A stretch of DNA of 33,753 nucleotides from a virus, in UHGV virus genome UHGV-0114643; one strand, 5' to 3'. The notes under the pieces are model-generated. The model had not been told where the DNA came from and searched no databases. It saw nothing but the letters and a program-made list of their open reading frames with translations. The position numbers and the translations under genes are program-made. Shown one piece after another: positions 33,208-33,753 of this stretch (position 1 is its first letter; the number at the start of each line of letters is the position of its first letter).

Positions 33208-33753
33208 TGTTATGGGATAACAACATGCAAATCAAGTATTCTGGAAAGGATGGTATTTATTTCCATCTAAGGGATAATGTAGACGCTTTTCTTACATTAT
33301 CTGCAACAGAAAACATGGAGTATGACTCACCTATGTTGGTGACAACTCAATCGGTTCAAAGTGGTCAAACAGTCACAGATAACGTACAGCGTTCTCCAAA
33401 GACTATTTCCATTAGCGGTGTTGTTGTAGTGGGCTACGAAGGTAGCCTTCTATTAACTCGTCAAGGCCAACTTGTAGAGAACTTCATTAGCACAGTTGAA
33501 ACGTGGAGAGACCAGAAACAGATTATTTCAATTGTCTGTAAAGATGGTATCAAGATTGACGACTCTATTATTACACAGTTTAAAGCTTCTAAGGAACATA
33601 CAATTTCTAATGGTCTTCGTATTCAGATGACCTTTCAAGAAATTAACTTTAAAGCTGTAGTCGGGACAACTGATGTTTCTGCTGCAACTGGTAAAACAGC
33701 AACTACAAAAGATGACGGAGTTACTTCTAAGAAGAATACAGGTAACACCACAA
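33207..33753 (+). CDS. tail protein downstream of tape measure (partial, runs off the window end)
   Basis: ATG overlapping the tape measure stop (TAATG), GAGGA upstream, open frame to end of window. Confidence 0.45.
   Translation, partial: MLWDNNMQIKYSGKDGIYFHLRDNVDAFLTLSATENMEYDSPMLVTTQSVQSGQTVTDNVQRSPKTISISGVVVVGYEGSLLLTRQGQLVENFISTVETWRDQKQIISIVCKDGIKIDDSIITQFKASKEHTISNGLRIQMTFQEINFKAVVGTTDVSAATGKTATTKDDGVTSKKNTGNTT

Overview
This window reads as a contiguous piece of a tailed dsDNA phage genome (or recently integrated prophage), with four blocks. (1) 1-2055, + strand: a cassette of five small genes, each preceded by a near-identical leader element. (2) 2056-3560: a 1.5-kb non-coding, repeat-dense region where + and - transcription converge. 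(3) 3620-11515, - strand: a tightly packed operon of 17 mostly unknown genes, including a GH24 (T4-type) lysozyme, two tandem paralogues (one with duplicated Ig-like domains), a two-TM membrane protein, and several intrinsic terminators. (4) 11906-33753, + strand: a basic-motif protein and a 471-aa vWA-domain protein, then a ~5.4-kb array of about 27 tRNA genes interspersed with structured repeats, small ORFs and tRNA fragments, then two terminators and a packaging/head/tail module (large terminase, portal, S49 protease-scaffold, decoration-like protein, lambda-E-like major capsid, sheath, tube, frameshifted tail chaperone, tape measure). The most interesting hypothesis is that the vWA protein is Ro60/TROVE-like and that Y-RNA-like elements sit in the tRNA array. 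All calls are manual, from motifs, ORF context and hand-folded cloverleafs; no database search was run, so product names are inferences.
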